The notes under the pieces were generated by a model. The model was not told the origin of the DNA. It did no database searches and saw only the letters and a list, made by a program, of their open reading frames with translations. Both the position numbers and the translations under genes were made by a program. From IMG/VR virus record IMGVR_UViG_3300033407_000007, positions 6,546-70,545 of that record: 64,000 nucleotides of DNA, one strand, 5' to 3'. This DNA is from a virus. Its lineage: Duplodnaviria; Caudoviricetes. Position 1 is the stretch's first letter. Every line of letters begins with the position of its first letter. Of this stretch, positions 28,638-38,432 are shown piece by piece.

Positions 28638-29549
28638 GTGAAGTGGTCCTACGGAATAACGACCGTCCCTAGCCGGATGCAGACTCTGTTACCTCGTACT
28701 GTAGCTTCCCTGGCTGCTGCCGGGTTTGACAATCCCAGACTATTCGTCGACGGCTGGCATGGTGATCCTACATACCTGGGGCTCCCCGTAACTACCAGGG
28801 ATACACCGGTGAGGCTGGTGGGCAACTGGTATGCCGGCATGTATGAGCTGTACTCCAGAGAGCCTAATGCTAATCGTTACGCCATGTTCCAGGACGATGT
28901 GCTAGCCGTAGGCAATCTGCGCAAGTACCTGGAGCGTTGCATCTACCCTAGAGATGGCTACCTGAACCTGTACACATTCCCGGAGAACACCAAGAAGGGC
29001 CATACCAGCGGATGGGCACAGAGCAACCAGCGAGGTATGGGAGCACTGGGGTTAGTATTCAACCGTGATGTACTCCAGATGCTACTCCAATCCAAGCGGA
29101 TGGCCAATAAGCCTGCGGACGCAGGGATGCGCAGTTGGAAGCGACTGGACGGAGGCGTGGTCGAGGGACTGAAGGAATTCAAGGTGTACGAGTACGTCCA
29201 CTTTCCCAGCCTACTGCAGCACACTGGAACAGAAGTCAGCAGCCTCGGCAATCTGATAGGGCGTAAACCTTACCAGGGGGTCAAGTCTTTTCCTGGGGAA
29301 TCCCAAAATGCCTTGGAGTATCTGCTGCCGGAGCAGTCAATACCAGTAGAGCGGTCAGAAGATCCGGTAGCCAAGGCCATAGAACTGATCGGCGCAAATA
29401 GCGAGATGATACGGCTGTGGATAAACAAGGACTGCCCCGGGTGTATGCGCCATGAGCGCAAGCGAAAGCTAGGTGCTTGGGCCAGCCGCGTACTGCTTGG
29501 TAAGGTAGACGGTGCTGAAGATTATCTAAGAAAGATATTGGAGGACTGA
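28638..29549 (+). CDS. GT-A fold glycosyltransferase with extra C-terminal CPGC domain
   Basis: GITTVPSR, LFVDG, YAMFQDDVL (DxD-like), PSLLQH. Confidence 0.7.
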   Translation: MKWSYGITTVPSRMQTLLPRTVASLAAAGFDNPRLFVDGWHGDPTYLGLPVTTRDTPVRLVGNWYAGMYELYSREPNANRYAMFQDDVLAVGNLRKYLERCIYPRDGYLNLYTFPENTKKGHTSGWAQSNQRGMGALGLVFNRDVLQMLLQSKRMANKPADAGMRSWKRLDGGVVEGLKEFKVYEYVHFPSLLQHTGTEVSSLGNLIGRKPYQGVKSFPGESQNALEYLLPEQSIPVERSEDPVAKAIELIGANSEMIRLWINKDCPGCMRHERKRKLGAWASRVLLGKVDGAEDYLRKILED

Positions 29550-30787
29550 TGGACTACACTACGAGAACGACCTGTAGAGTCTGTGGTAGCAGCGATCTTG
29601 TGCCATTGTTCTCCCTGGGGAGCCAGTACGTAAATGACTTCCTTCTTCCAGGAGAGAAGCCCAAGCACAGAGTCCCGATCGACATAGAACAATGCACTGA
29701 CTGCACCTTGGTGCAGGCCAAGCACACTGCACCCCAGGAGTTTATGTACTCCCGGTTCTACTGGTACAGATCGGGAGTCACCGAGACAATGCGTGGGATA
29801 CTCCAGGGCATCGCCGACTTGGCTGGAGGGTACTTGCAGCCGGGGGACACGGTGCTGGACATCGGCTCCAACGATGGCACCTTGCTCAGGAGCTACCCAG
29901 AGGGTATGTACACTACAGTCGGGGTAGAACCGGCGGTCAACCTGGCTGAAGAAGGAACGAAGGGCGTGGACGTATTCATCAACGACTTCTGGACTGCCTC
30001 CAACTACAGAGACCACTGGAACTACCCGGCCAAGGTAGTAACGGCCATCGGTATGTTCTATGACTTGGAGGACCCCAACCAGTTCATCGGGGACATCGCC
30101 GAGGTAATGGACGAGGACGGGGTATTTATCGCCCAGTTGATGTGCCTCTACGACACCGTTGTCAATCGTGACGTAGGTAACTTCTCCCACGAACACCTGG
30201 AGTTCTACACATTCAAGTCATTGGAGCACCTATACCAATCCAACGGACTGGAAATCATAGACGTGGAGCACAACTCGGTCAACGGTGGCAGTTACCTCAT
30301 TACTGCCAGGAAGACTAGTGGTGAAGTAATCCCTTTACCGAGGGCAGCGGAACGGATAGCCCGAGTCAGAGAACAAGAGTTGATGCTTGAAGATCTGAAC
30401 ACCTACTGTAAATTCAAACAGGACTTACTTAACAACAAAGCCAAGACGGTTACGTTCATCAAGCACGCCAAGCAGCGAGGGCAAAGCGTCTGGGTCTACG
30501 GAGCTAGTACCAAGGGCAACGTCATCCTCCAGTATTATGGGCTGAACTCCATCACGATCACCGGGGCAGCCGAGCGTTCTCCCGAGAAGTACGGAAGGGT
30601 GACGGTGGGCACCAACATCCCCATCTTCTCAGAGGAGCAAGCCAGGGCTGAACGACCGGACTACTTCTTGGTTCTACCATATGCCTTCATAGACGAGTTC
30701 GTGGCTCGTGAGCAGAAGTTCCTACAGCAAGGAGGTAAGTTCATCGTACCCCTCCCAAAGTTCACTGTGATTGGAGCGAGTCGATGA
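29549..30787 (+). CDS. NDP-hexose C-methyltransferase (zinc-binding N-terminus, SAM domain, C-terminal domain)
   Basis: CRVCG, VLDIGSNDGTLL, SHEHLEFY, VYGASTKGNV, PDYFLVLPY. Confidence 0.9.
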   Translation: MDYTTRTTCRVCGSSDLVPLFSLGSQYVNDFLLPGEKPKHRVPIDIEQCTDCTLVQAKHTAPQEFMYSRFYWYRSGVTETMRGILQGIADLAGGYLQPGDTVLDIGSNDGTLLRSYPEGMYTTVGVEPAVNLAEEGTKGVDVFINDFWTASNYRDHWNYPAKVVTAIGMFYDLEDPNQFIGDIAEVMDEDGVFIAQLMCLYDTVVNRDVGNFSHEHLEFYTFKSLEHLYQSNGLEIIDVEHNSVNGGSYLITARKTSGEVIPLPRAAERIARVREQELMLEDLNTYCKFKQDLLNNKAKTVTFIKHAKQRGQSVWVYGASTKGNVILQYYGLNSITITGAAERSPEKYGRVTVGTNIPIFSEEQARAERPDYFLVLPYAFIDEFVAREQKFLQQGGKFIVPLPKFTVIGASR

Positions 30788-31731
30788 AGTGTCTCATACT
30801 CGGCATAGGGGGCCAAGACGGCTCCTACCTCGCTGACATACTGCTAGAGCAGGGCCACGAGGTCTATGGACTGGTCAGACACAGTAGTGCGGACAACCTG
30901 TGGAGGGTAAGGCACTGCTTGGATAGTCTGCACCTCGTGCAGGGGGACGTCACGGATCAGACTCTGGTGCCCCGTGTCATTGACGACTTGCTCCCGGACG
31001 AAGTCTACAACGTGGCCGATCAGGACCACGTAGAGTATAGCTACTCCAATCCGATGATCTCCTGGGACGTGACGGCCAGAGCGGCAGTAGGGGTCATGGA
31101 GGCGATCAGGCGATACAGCCCTGCATCTAGGATGTATCAGCCCTGCTCGGCGACCGTATTTGGTCACGCACCGTACCCGCAGAATGAATCTACTACGTTC
31201 AACCCCCTGAGCCCCTACGCTTGTGCTAAGGCAGCCGCGTACTACGCCACTAGGTATTACCGAGAGGTGTGTGGCGTGGGGGTTTGTCAGGCCATTCTGT
31301 ATAATCATGACTCACCGCGCAGAGGTCCTGGATATCTTCTCCAGGAGATCGCACGCAAAGCTGTTGACTGCTTTTTCAACCACAGTACAGAGATGCTCCT
31401 GGGAGACCCCAGTTGCATAGTGGACGTGGGATACGCCAGGGATTACATGGAGGCCGTAGTGACGATGATGAGGCTGTCTGAGCCCGACGACTTCGTGCTA
31501 TCTTCCGGCAACGCCCGTCCGATACGATTCATCGCTCAGAAGGCCCTGGAAATCGTCGGGGTGGATGTTCCCATTAATGCTGACCTGGACTTCAACTTCA
31601 AGAGACCTGACAGCCGCTCCAGGCTGGTTGGAGATTCCACTAAGGCCGCGATGTTGTTTGGATTTAACCCTAAGAGTACGTGGGAAGTGGTCCTGCGTAT
31701 GATCATCGACAGAATGTTGAGGAGCGAATGA
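30784..31731 (+). CDS. gmd: GDP-mannose 4,6-dehydratase-like SDR
   Basis: GIGGQDGSYLAD, PLSPYACAK, YNHDSPRRG, VGYARDYM; the usual T/S-S-E catalytic Glu reads S-A-T here. Confidence 0.75.
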   Translation: MKCLILGIGGQDGSYLADILLEQGHEVYGLVRHSSADNLWRVRHCLDSLHLVQGDVTDQTLVPRVIDDLLPDEVYNVADQDHVEYSYSNPMISWDVTARAAVGVMEAIRRYSPASRMYQPCSATVFGHAPYPQNESTTFNPLSPYACAKAAAYYATRYYREVCGVGVCQAILYNHDSPRRGPGYLLQEIARKAVDCFFNHSTEMLLGDPSCIVDVGYARDYMEAVVTMMRLSEPDDFVLSSGNARPIRFIAQKALEIVGVDVPINADLDFNFKRPDSRSRLVGDSTKAAMLFGFNPKSTWEVVLRMIIDRMLRSE

Positions 31732-32726
31732 TTATAGGCTCAATGGGATATGAAGTGCACAGTGGGCTGGGCCATCTCCTGCGAGACTTCTATCAGCACG
31801 GAATAGTCAACAGGGTGTTCCCCATCAAGCACTCCCACTACCAAAACTACCCTGGGCAGTGGATTGCCGGGAGAGACCGATATGATAACCCTAACAGGTT
31901 TGTTGAGGGACTGGAGGTGCTTCTACTATTTGAGAACGCATTCAACTGGTCAGCCGTCAAGCGTGCCAAGCGTAATGGCACCAAGGTCGTTATGATACCG
32001 AACTATGAGTACACCCCGTTCCCACTGCCGGTCGTACCAGACCTGATGCTGTGTGGGTCATCTCTGGATGTGGACTACTATAAGGACCTGTATAAGACTG
32101 AGATGCTGACTATCCCAGTGGATACGGATAGGTTTCCTTGGCGAGAGAGGACCACAGCTAGAACATTCATCCATAACGCAGGTCATGGTCAGCGAGGATT
32201 TGCCAAGGGTACTCTTCAAGTAGTTGACGCGATGCAGTACGTTCAATCTCCGGTCACTCTGATAGTACGAGGACAGCCTGGGGAGAAACGAATCAGAGAT
32301 CTGTTCGGCTCTTGCAAGGGCAACCAGAGGATCGATCTGAGGTACGGAGAGTATGACGAGTTTGAGTTATACGCTGATGGTGACGTGTTCATCAACGCGG
32401 AGCAGTATAACGGTATGAGCCTTCCTCTCCAAGAAGCATATGCCAGCGGTATGGTCGTGATGACTACCGACCGCTACCCTACCAATACATGGTTGCCCCC
32501 AGAACCCTTACTACCAGTATCACACTACGAGCCAGACAAGATATGCGTAGAGTTCGACCGTGCCGTAGTAGATCCACGCGCGATAGCCGATAGCATAGAC
32601 TCGTGGTACGGTCGCGACGTGTCGGGGCTATCAGCGGCCGGGAGAAAGTGGGCCGCTGAACACTCGTGGAGCGCGATGAAACCCAAGTACCTAGATGTAC
32701 TGAGTGATGTACTGAGTAACCTATGA
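31728..32726 (+). CDS. GT-B (GT4-like) glycosyltransferase
   Basis: SGLGHL; FIHNAG; DVFINAEQYNGMSLPLQEAYASGMVVMT. Confidence 0.85.
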   Translation: MIIGSMGYEVHSGLGHLLRDFYQHGIVNRVFPIKHSHYQNYPGQWIAGRDRYDNPNRFVEGLEVLLLFENAFNWSAVKRAKRNGTKVVMIPNYEYTPFPLPVVPDLMLCGSSLDVDYYKDLYKTEMLTIPVDTDRFPWRERTTARTFIHNAGHGQRGFAKGTLQVVDAMQYVQSPVTLIVRGQPGEKRIRDLFGSCKGNQRIDLRYGEYDEFELYADGDVFINAEQYNGMSLPLQEAYASGMVVMTTDRYPTNTWLPPEPLLPVSHYEPDKICVEFDRAVVDPRAIADSIDSWYGRDVSGLSAAGRKWAAEHSWSAMKPKYLDVLSDVLSNL

Positions 32727-33577
32727 ACATTGCACTGTGCACCTTAGTCCTGAACGAGATGGAGTGGCTACCCAAGCTGTACGAGCAGCACAAGAACTGG
32801 CCCGGGCTAGTCAAGTGGGTATTCGTTGAGAGTGCAGACCAAGTCTACGCTCAGACCAACCCCAGGATGGTGGACCGTTGCGGTCTCAGCACGGACGGTA
32901 CGACGAAGTACCTGCACGACTTGGCGTATTGCGACCCCAGAGTGGTGCATATTCCTTACGGGTTTTCCAACAGCGCCAACCCTGCCCAAGGCAAGTGTGA
33001 ATCCAGGAGCCAGTATCTTCGAGCACTGGACGACGTAAAACCAGACTTCTTCTTCGTGCTGGATGGAGATGAGTTCTACCCCAAGGTATTCCAGCAGCAA
33101 GTCAATGATCTGATGTGGATGTGTCATCGGTCGCACACTGGGTACTGCTTCAAGCATCTGCATCCGTGGCGACCTCCCAGTATCCAGAATGAACCCCTGT
33201 TCCGTTACGAGGTGACGGGGGGATTCTGGGACATCCCACTGTGCCGGGGATGGAGGTGGAATTCTGGCCTTGAGTATGCCAAGAACCACAACACCCCACA
33301 GGACAGCAACGGGGTGATGTTGGATTGCAGGCTCAAGCGACTCGATGAGCGCAGAGAGACTCCGTACTGCGTGCACATGGCATTCTCTTCCGATGTAAAG
33401 AACCGACACGCCAAACACCAATACTACGCGGACAGGGGTGAAGCAGTGGACCCCAAGCGCAGTTGGTACGTGGAGAGCCGTGCAGCATTCGAGACGTGGA
33501 AACCCGGAGACCAACTGCCTAGAAATGCCAGAGTAATGTTCTATGATGGAGAGGTGCCAGAATGCTTCAGACAGTGA
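32723..33577 (+). CDS. GT-A (GT2-like) glycosyltransferase
   Basis: CTLVLNEMEWL...FFVLDGDEFY. Confidence 0.75.
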   Translation: MNIALCTLVLNEMEWLPKLYEQHKNWPGLVKWVFVESADQVYAQTNPRMVDRCGLSTDGTTKYLHDLAYCDPRVVHIPYGFSNSANPAQGKCESRSQYLRALDDVKPDFFFVLDGDEFYPKVFQQQVNDLMWMCHRSHTGYCFKHLHPWRPPSIQNEPLFRYEVTGGFWDIPLCRGWRWNSGLEYAKNHNTPQDSNGVMLDCRLKRLDERRETPYCVHMAFSSDVKNRHAKHQYYADRGEAVDPKRSWYVESRAAFETWKPGDQLPRNARVMFYDGEVPECFRQ

Positions 33578-34383
33578 TGAATGATGATTACTGGCTAGCT
33601 AGACTACGTATGGCTCGTATCTCAGGAATGCACTATGCAGCCTACGACGTGGACGAGGTGGTATGGGACGATATCCAACAGGCGCACTCCGAGATCCTAG
33701 CGTCACTGATTCCCCACGACAGAGAGACCAGAATACTTGACATAGCTTGTAACTATGGATCGTTGATGGAGTGCCTTCCTCCTGGAATCCAGTACACGGG
33801 GGTGGACTACCACAAGTGCTTAGTGGACGCGGCTGCCAGAAGGCACCCTCACAGGAAGTTCGTGCGAACGGACGACTACAAAGAATTACCGCCAGGGAAC
33901 TACGACTTGGCAGTGTGCAGATCCCTAGACGGCAGCATCAAGGAGCAGTTGGGATTCGCCGAATGGCGCAGGATCGAGAATGCTATTCTGGACATATCCG
34001 ACTCCCTGCTGCTGCTCAACTACAGCGACCCGCGAACGTACCGCATGTCAGACTCGGTGCGCAACCCCGAAGAGTTCACCCACAACACGATCTGCTTCGA
34101 CGGGGGGCAGTTGGTCTACCGAGTGGGACAGGACGCGACGTGCGAGATATACGACTTGTTGGTTCCAGAAGAGAAACGGCGCAGCGGCATAGCCACCAAG
34201 CTGATCGACGAGCTGTTCACAGTGCACCCAGGTACTGTCTATGGGTTCACTCGCAGTACCAACAGAGAGGCGCAGGCGTTTTATTCGGCCGTAGGATTTA
34301 CCCTACAGACCGTACCTAATCTATACCGAGGCGAGGACGGAGTATTGTTCTCACAGCAACGACTACCAGGAGCAATCGAGTGA
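33577..34383 (+). CDS. SAM methyltransferase fused to GNAT acetyltransferase
   Basis: RILDIACNYG/GVDY; C-terminal VPEEKRRSGIATKL...NREAQAFYSAVGF. Confidence 0.85.
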   Translation: MNDDYWLARLRMARISGMHYAAYDVDEVVWDDIQQAHSEILASLIPHDRETRILDIACNYGSLMECLPPGIQYTGVDYHKCLVDAAARRHPHRKFVRTDDYKELPPGNYDLAVCRSLDGSIKEQLGFAEWRRIENAILDISDSLLLLNYSDPRTYRMSDSVRNPEEFTHNTICFDGGQLVYRVGQDATCEIYDLLVPEEKRRSGIATKLIDELFTVHPGTVYGFTRSTNREAQAFYSAVGFTLQTVPNLYRGEDGVLFSQQRLPGAIE

Positions 34384-34991
34384 TCTACCAACCAGGACAA
34401 GTAAAACCCCTGCTGAAGTACGTAACCGAAGATACGGGACTGTTCTTACTAGGAGGACCAGCAGACGCTAATGAGGCCCAGGTATTTCATGACCATTTTC
34501 CCTTCATCCCAATCATCGGTATAGAGCCCAACCGTCGCATGTTACGGTACCAGGAGCAGGTAGGGTTTCCTGGTGTCATGATTCCAAAAGCGTTATTCGA
34601 CCGAGAGACGGTGATGCCATTTTATCTCTTGGGAGAAGACGACCGTAGCAGTCGCTTGTCAGCAGAACAGGCTCCAGCCTACTTCGTCCAGACAACTACC
34701 ATCGACAGCGTGGTGCGGTTGATGGGCCAATCCTTCACAGGCAAGATTGCCTTGTGGCTGGACATTGAGAGGTCCGAGCTGTCTGCCCTTATGGGAGCCA
34801 CCTACTGCTTTACCCATGACTTGATCCAGACAGTCTATCTGGAGGTTCTACCGGATACAGAGGAGTCATTAAATGGGCTTCTCAAGTGTTATGGGTTTAC
34901 GCAGGCTGAGCGGGTCAATGAGCATGGCAGTACCAAGGACGTGCACATCCCCATGGATTATCGCTACGACGCCATCTACACACGAGGGTGA
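34380..34991 (+). CDS. FkbM-like methyltransferase
   Basis: IGIEPN, KALFD, TTIDS, LWLDIERSEL, VYLEV. Confidence 0.75.
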   Translation: MIYQPGQVKPLLKYVTEDTGLFLLGGPADANEAQVFHDHFPFIPIIGIEPNRRMLRYQEQVGFPGVMIPKALFDRETVMPFYLLGEDDRSSRLSAEQAPAYFVQTTTIDSVVRLMGQSFTGKIALWLDIERSELSALMGATYCFTHDLIQTVYLEVLPDTEESLNGLLKCYGFTQAERVNEHGSTKDVHIPMDYRYDAIYTRG

Positions 34992-34992
34992 T

Positions 34993-35622
34993 ATGAGTTT
35001 ACGTTTTGCAAACTCTTGTTTTATGCACATACCCAGAACCGGTGGTATGTGGCTAGAAGAAGTCACCGAACGACTTGGTATCATACGTCAGAAATTCAAA
35101 GGAGATATAGACGCTCATTTAGCATGGAACAGTATGCCGCCCTTTTGGAGACAACTGCATCCATTCTCCTTCATCAGGCACCCTTGGTCCTGGGTGCGTA
35201 GTAGGTGGTCGCACAGCGTAGAACACGGCATTGCAGCAGACTACCGCCACTATGGCATCAACAGGGTATTTGATACCTATGTAATGCCGTCATTCGCAGA
35301 CACTCTACGTAAGATCCTAGCTGAAAATCCAGGCGTTGTGTCATGGACATTCAATAAAATAACTGAGGGTATCCCCAGAGAAAACCTGCGGTGTACTGAA
35401 GACCTGCCAGAAGCTGCCTGGGAACTATTGCACCGCTTTGAAGGGATTAGCCGAGAACAACTCCAAGTAATAGAAAGGGTACTGCCGATTAACGGTACGT
35501 CTAAAATGGACAAGTATCGCTTGGAACTTGATTCTGTGCCTACATCAATAATTCAAGATTTTATAACATCTGAAGACAGCCTAGTCCAACTCTGGCAGGA
35601 TTCCCGAATGATAAAGGATTAA
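34993..35622 (+). CDS. sulfotransferase family 2-like protein
   Basis: FMHIPRTGG (5'PSB) and FSFIRHPWSWVRSRW (3'PB). Confidence 0.8.
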   Translation: MSLRFANSCFMHIPRTGGMWLEEVTERLGIIRQKFKGDIDAHLAWNSMPPFWRQLHPFSFIRHPWSWVRSRWSHSVEHGIAADYRHYGINRVFDTYVMPSFADTLRKILAENPGVVSWTFNKITEGIPRENLRCTEDLPEAAWELLHRFEGISREQLQVIERVLPINGTSKMDKYRLELDSVPTSIIQDFITSEDSLVQLWQDSRMIKD

Positions 35623-35624
35623 CA

Positions 35625-36761
35625 ATGAATTATCAACACGGTAACTACGCAGACGAGTTCCGCAGCAGGAGCGGAGCCTATTGGACAGCGGCATCAGCGT
35701 ACGCCATAGGCAGCGGACCTCCACCGTGCAGGCCCTACCAGGTGGAAGTCCACCCAGTGCTGGTGGGCTCCCCAATCTGTCTTCAGCGGTGCGTGGACTG
35801 CCACGGGCAGTTTCATCGGGAGCGAGGAGTACTCACCCAATCCCACTACAACGAACTGATAGATGACTTGATCGCTATGAGGGTGCCATCGGTCGTACTG
35901 TCAGGGGTGTACTCCGACCCTTCATGCAACGAGTCCTTGCTAATGTCGTTTCTCTACCGCGGAGGCCCGCACTGGGGCGTCAAACTACACACCTACGGAC
36001 TAGGGATCACTCCCATGGTGCGAGAAGCCATCGTGCAGGCGTCGTTAGATGATCCATACAACCAGTCCTACGTTACGCTGTCAAAGAGCACGACTGACCC
36101 CGCTGTCTTCCGCGATATGTGCCGTCCTCTCGCTAATGCTCCAAATTTACAGGCGGAAGAGGCCAACCTCAGGGATCTGTTCAACCTAGTTGGTAGGCAC
36201 GGGTCCCGCATAGAGGTACGACTGAACTACCGCATCACGCGGATGAACGGGAGACCACACCAGATCGCCGACATTCTGCGATGGCTGGCCGACACTCCGC
36301 AGTTCGTCAAGATCAGATTCACTACAGACTACGTACCATCTGGAGCCTCTCTAGAGTACCTGAGCTGGTTCGCCAACAACGTATATATCCCACCAGGAGT
36401 CGCTCAAAATTCCATTAGCAAGGCCATCGTTGACGCCGAGTTCTGGGAAGTAGACCGCATCAGCTTCCGCGATCCAGAAGCATCCAACTACTCAGGCAAT
36501 ACTTGCTACAACGGACTCCTGTTCAGCACGGTGGCAGCCAACGGACGGCTGTACCCGTGTCAGGGAGTGGCCGTCAGCGCCTATGACCGACTGTCCTACG
36601 GCGACCTTACGCAGCGCAGGTTCTCTGAATGTTGGAAAGAGTACGTCGAGTTATGGAGGGATAGTAACCCTATCGAAGATGGCTGTCCCAAGTGCGCCGC
36701 ATCTTGTGAGCGTATGATCAACGATGCTATGGCCAAGGAGATCAACCGTGGAAGCCTATAG
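35625..36761 (+). CDS. radical SAM protein with SPASM/Twitch domain
   Basis: CLQRCVDC; CYNG...AANGRLYPC...CPKCAASC. Confidence 0.85.
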   Translation: MNYQHGNYADEFRSRSGAYWTAASAYAIGSGPPPCRPYQVEVHPVLVGSPICLQRCVDCHGQFHRERGVLTQSHYNELIDDLIAMRVPSVVLSGVYSDPSCNESLLMSFLYRGGPHWGVKLHTYGLGITPMVREAIVQASLDDPYNQSYVTLSKSTTDPAVFRDMCRPLANAPNLQAEEANLRDLFNLVGRHGSRIEVRLNYRITRMNGRPHQIADILRWLADTPQFVKIRFTTDYVPSGASLEYLSWFANNVYIPPGVAQNSISKAIVDAEFWEVDRISFRDPEASNYSGNTCYNGLLFSTVAANGRLYPCQGVAVSAYDRLSYGDLTQRRFSECWKEYVELWRDSNPIEDGCPKCAASCERMINDAMAKEINRGSL

Positions 36762-37683
36762 ACAGTTAGAGGTCAAGTTGGCAGAGTGGATTGAAACGCA
36801 TCCACGGCAGATGGTGGCGTGCAGCAGCGGTACCGCCGCGTTGCACCTAGCACTGGAGACTCTACGATCTGAATTCACCGGACCTGTCGTAGTACCAGAC
36901 TACACGATGGTGGCTTGTGCTAGAGCGGTCACCCTGGCTGACCGCAGGTGCGTGTTCGTGGGGTGCCGGGACGATCTACTGATGGACTTGGACGGTGTTC
37001 CCGAGAGTGCCAACGCGGTCATGCTGGTGCATATTTACGGCAGGCAGTCCGTTCCAGAGAGACACTACCCAGTCCAGATAGAGGACATGGCAGAACTGCA
37101 TGGACCCAAGCCCCAGATCAATAGTCGTGCGGCATGTTGGTCATTTTACCAGAACAAGGTGGTCCACGGAGAGGAAGGCGGAGCGGTTTGGTTCAAGAAT
37201 CCCAGAGATGCGGACCATGCGCGTCAGCTCCGGTGCGTGGGGTTCACCCCGGCCCATGACTTCATCCACATACCGAGAGGTCACAACTACCGGATGGCGA
37301 ACTGCTTGGCTGAAAAGATCATAGACAGCCTAGCTAACTTCTCCCAGGAAGTGACAAGACGACGTGAGGTAGAGTCCTACTACGACGGGCTAATCCCCGA
37401 CGGATGGCGCATGCCCAGCCGACTATCTCCGTGGGTCTATGACTTGAGGATACCCCATCTCACCCGCAGTAGGTTACTGGCGTCAGTCAACAAGCTGAAT
37501 TCTCGGGACGTGGAAGCCCGGGCCGGATTCGCCCCCATGACTATGCAGCCAGAGTACCACTCAGGGGTAACCACCCCCAGAACCCGCAGGGCCTACGACG
37601 AGGTGATGTACCTGCCCCTGACTCCCAGCCTAGGATACCGGGACGCAACCAGGGCCGTCGATCTACTGTGCGAGGGAGTCTGA
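36748..37683 (+). CDS. DegT/DnrJ/EryC1/StrS PLP sugar aminotransferase
   Basis: SSGTAALHLAL, IEDMAE, SFYQNK (PLP Lys), GEEGG, GHNYRM. Confidence 0.9.
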   Translation: MEAYRQLEVKLAEWIETHPRQMVACSSGTAALHLALETLRSEFTGPVVVPDYTMVACARAVTLADRRCVFVGCRDDLLMDLDGVPESANAVMLVHIYGRQSVPERHYPVQIEDMAELHGPKPQINSRAACWSFYQNKVVHGEEGGAVWFKNPRDADHARQLRCVGFTPAHDFIHIPRGHNYRMANCLAEKIIDSLANFSQEVTRRREVESYYDGLIPDGWRMPSRLSPWVYDLRIPHLTRSRLLASVNKLNSRDVEARAGFAPMTMQPEYHSGVTTPRTRRAYDEVMYLPLTPSLGYRDATRAVDLLCEGV

Positions 37684-37864
37684 CCGTCAGCTTTACCCCC
37701 TAAAGGGGTTAGGTGTATCGCTCCCGCCTAGCCCCCGGGGGTAAGGCGTAGGCATAATATCCCGTTTAAGGCCTCTAGCAGGCCCATTTAGGGCCTCCGG
37801 CACCTAGGCCCTAGTAACCCTACCCGCGGCCCCGGCAAGCCCTTAGGCGACGACGTAGGCGCAT

Positions 37865-37906
37865 AAAAATAGCCCCAGCTCCCCTACGCGGGGAGCTGGG
37901 GCTATC
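37865..37906 (-). terminator. intrinsic terminator between convergent units
   Basis: AAAAATAGCCCCAGCTCCC...GGGAGCTGGGGCTAT; U-tail on the minus strand. Confidence 0.85.
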
Positions 37907-37927
37907 TAAGAGGTTCCTCGGGGGACG

Positions 37928-38104
37928 CTAAGCTGGGTGAGTGGTGCCGCGCAGTCGGCTGCCGTTGTGTCCGACTAGCTTGAGCACCCTGTTACTGATT
38001 CGGTCAGGGGCAGTAACCTTTGGCGGGTCTTGCCTCTTACGCTCCAGTTCCATCCGCAGGGCCTTGGGGATAGACTCCCCAGTGTAATTGACGATCTCAT
38101 TCAT
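37928..38104 (-). CDS. small hypothetical protein (58 aa, not in ORF track)
   Basis: AGGAG RBS; MNEIVNYTGESIPKALRMELERKRQ...HPA*. Confidence 0.5.
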   Translation of the reverse strand: MNEIVNYTGESIPKALRMELERKRQDPPKVTAPDRISNRVLKLVGHNGSRLRGTTHPA

Positions 38105-38203
38105 CGCCGTTCTCCTATAGGTATAAGTAACTAGCTACTGCTATTCCTAGGCAAAAGCCTGAAGCAAACACGAACACCAAAGTAAGAATCCATTCTTCCC
38201 TCA

Positions 38204-38416
38204 TCATCTGGCGGCCCTCCTTTTCTTCAGTTGGGTGTAAACCCGGTCTACCGTCATGGAGATTTTTTCCTCCCCAGGGTATGGACGGTCAGGGTGGAAC
38301 ACACTATTGTTGGGGTAGTCGTAGCTGGGCATAGGACTGAGGCCGCACCGTTCACACGTATTGCGTTTGCCATTATCCTCCTGCTGCCGGTTACACACTG
38401 GGCATCGTACTTGCAT
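38204..38416 (-). CDS. small zinc-ribbon protein
   Basis: AGGAGG RBS; CPVC...CERCG. Confidence 0.65.
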   Translation of the reverse strand: MQVRCPVCNRQQEDNGKRNTCERCGLSPMPSYDYPNNSVFHPDRPYPGEEKISMTVDRVYTQLKKRRAAR

Positions 38417-38432
38417 CACAATCCTCCTTATG

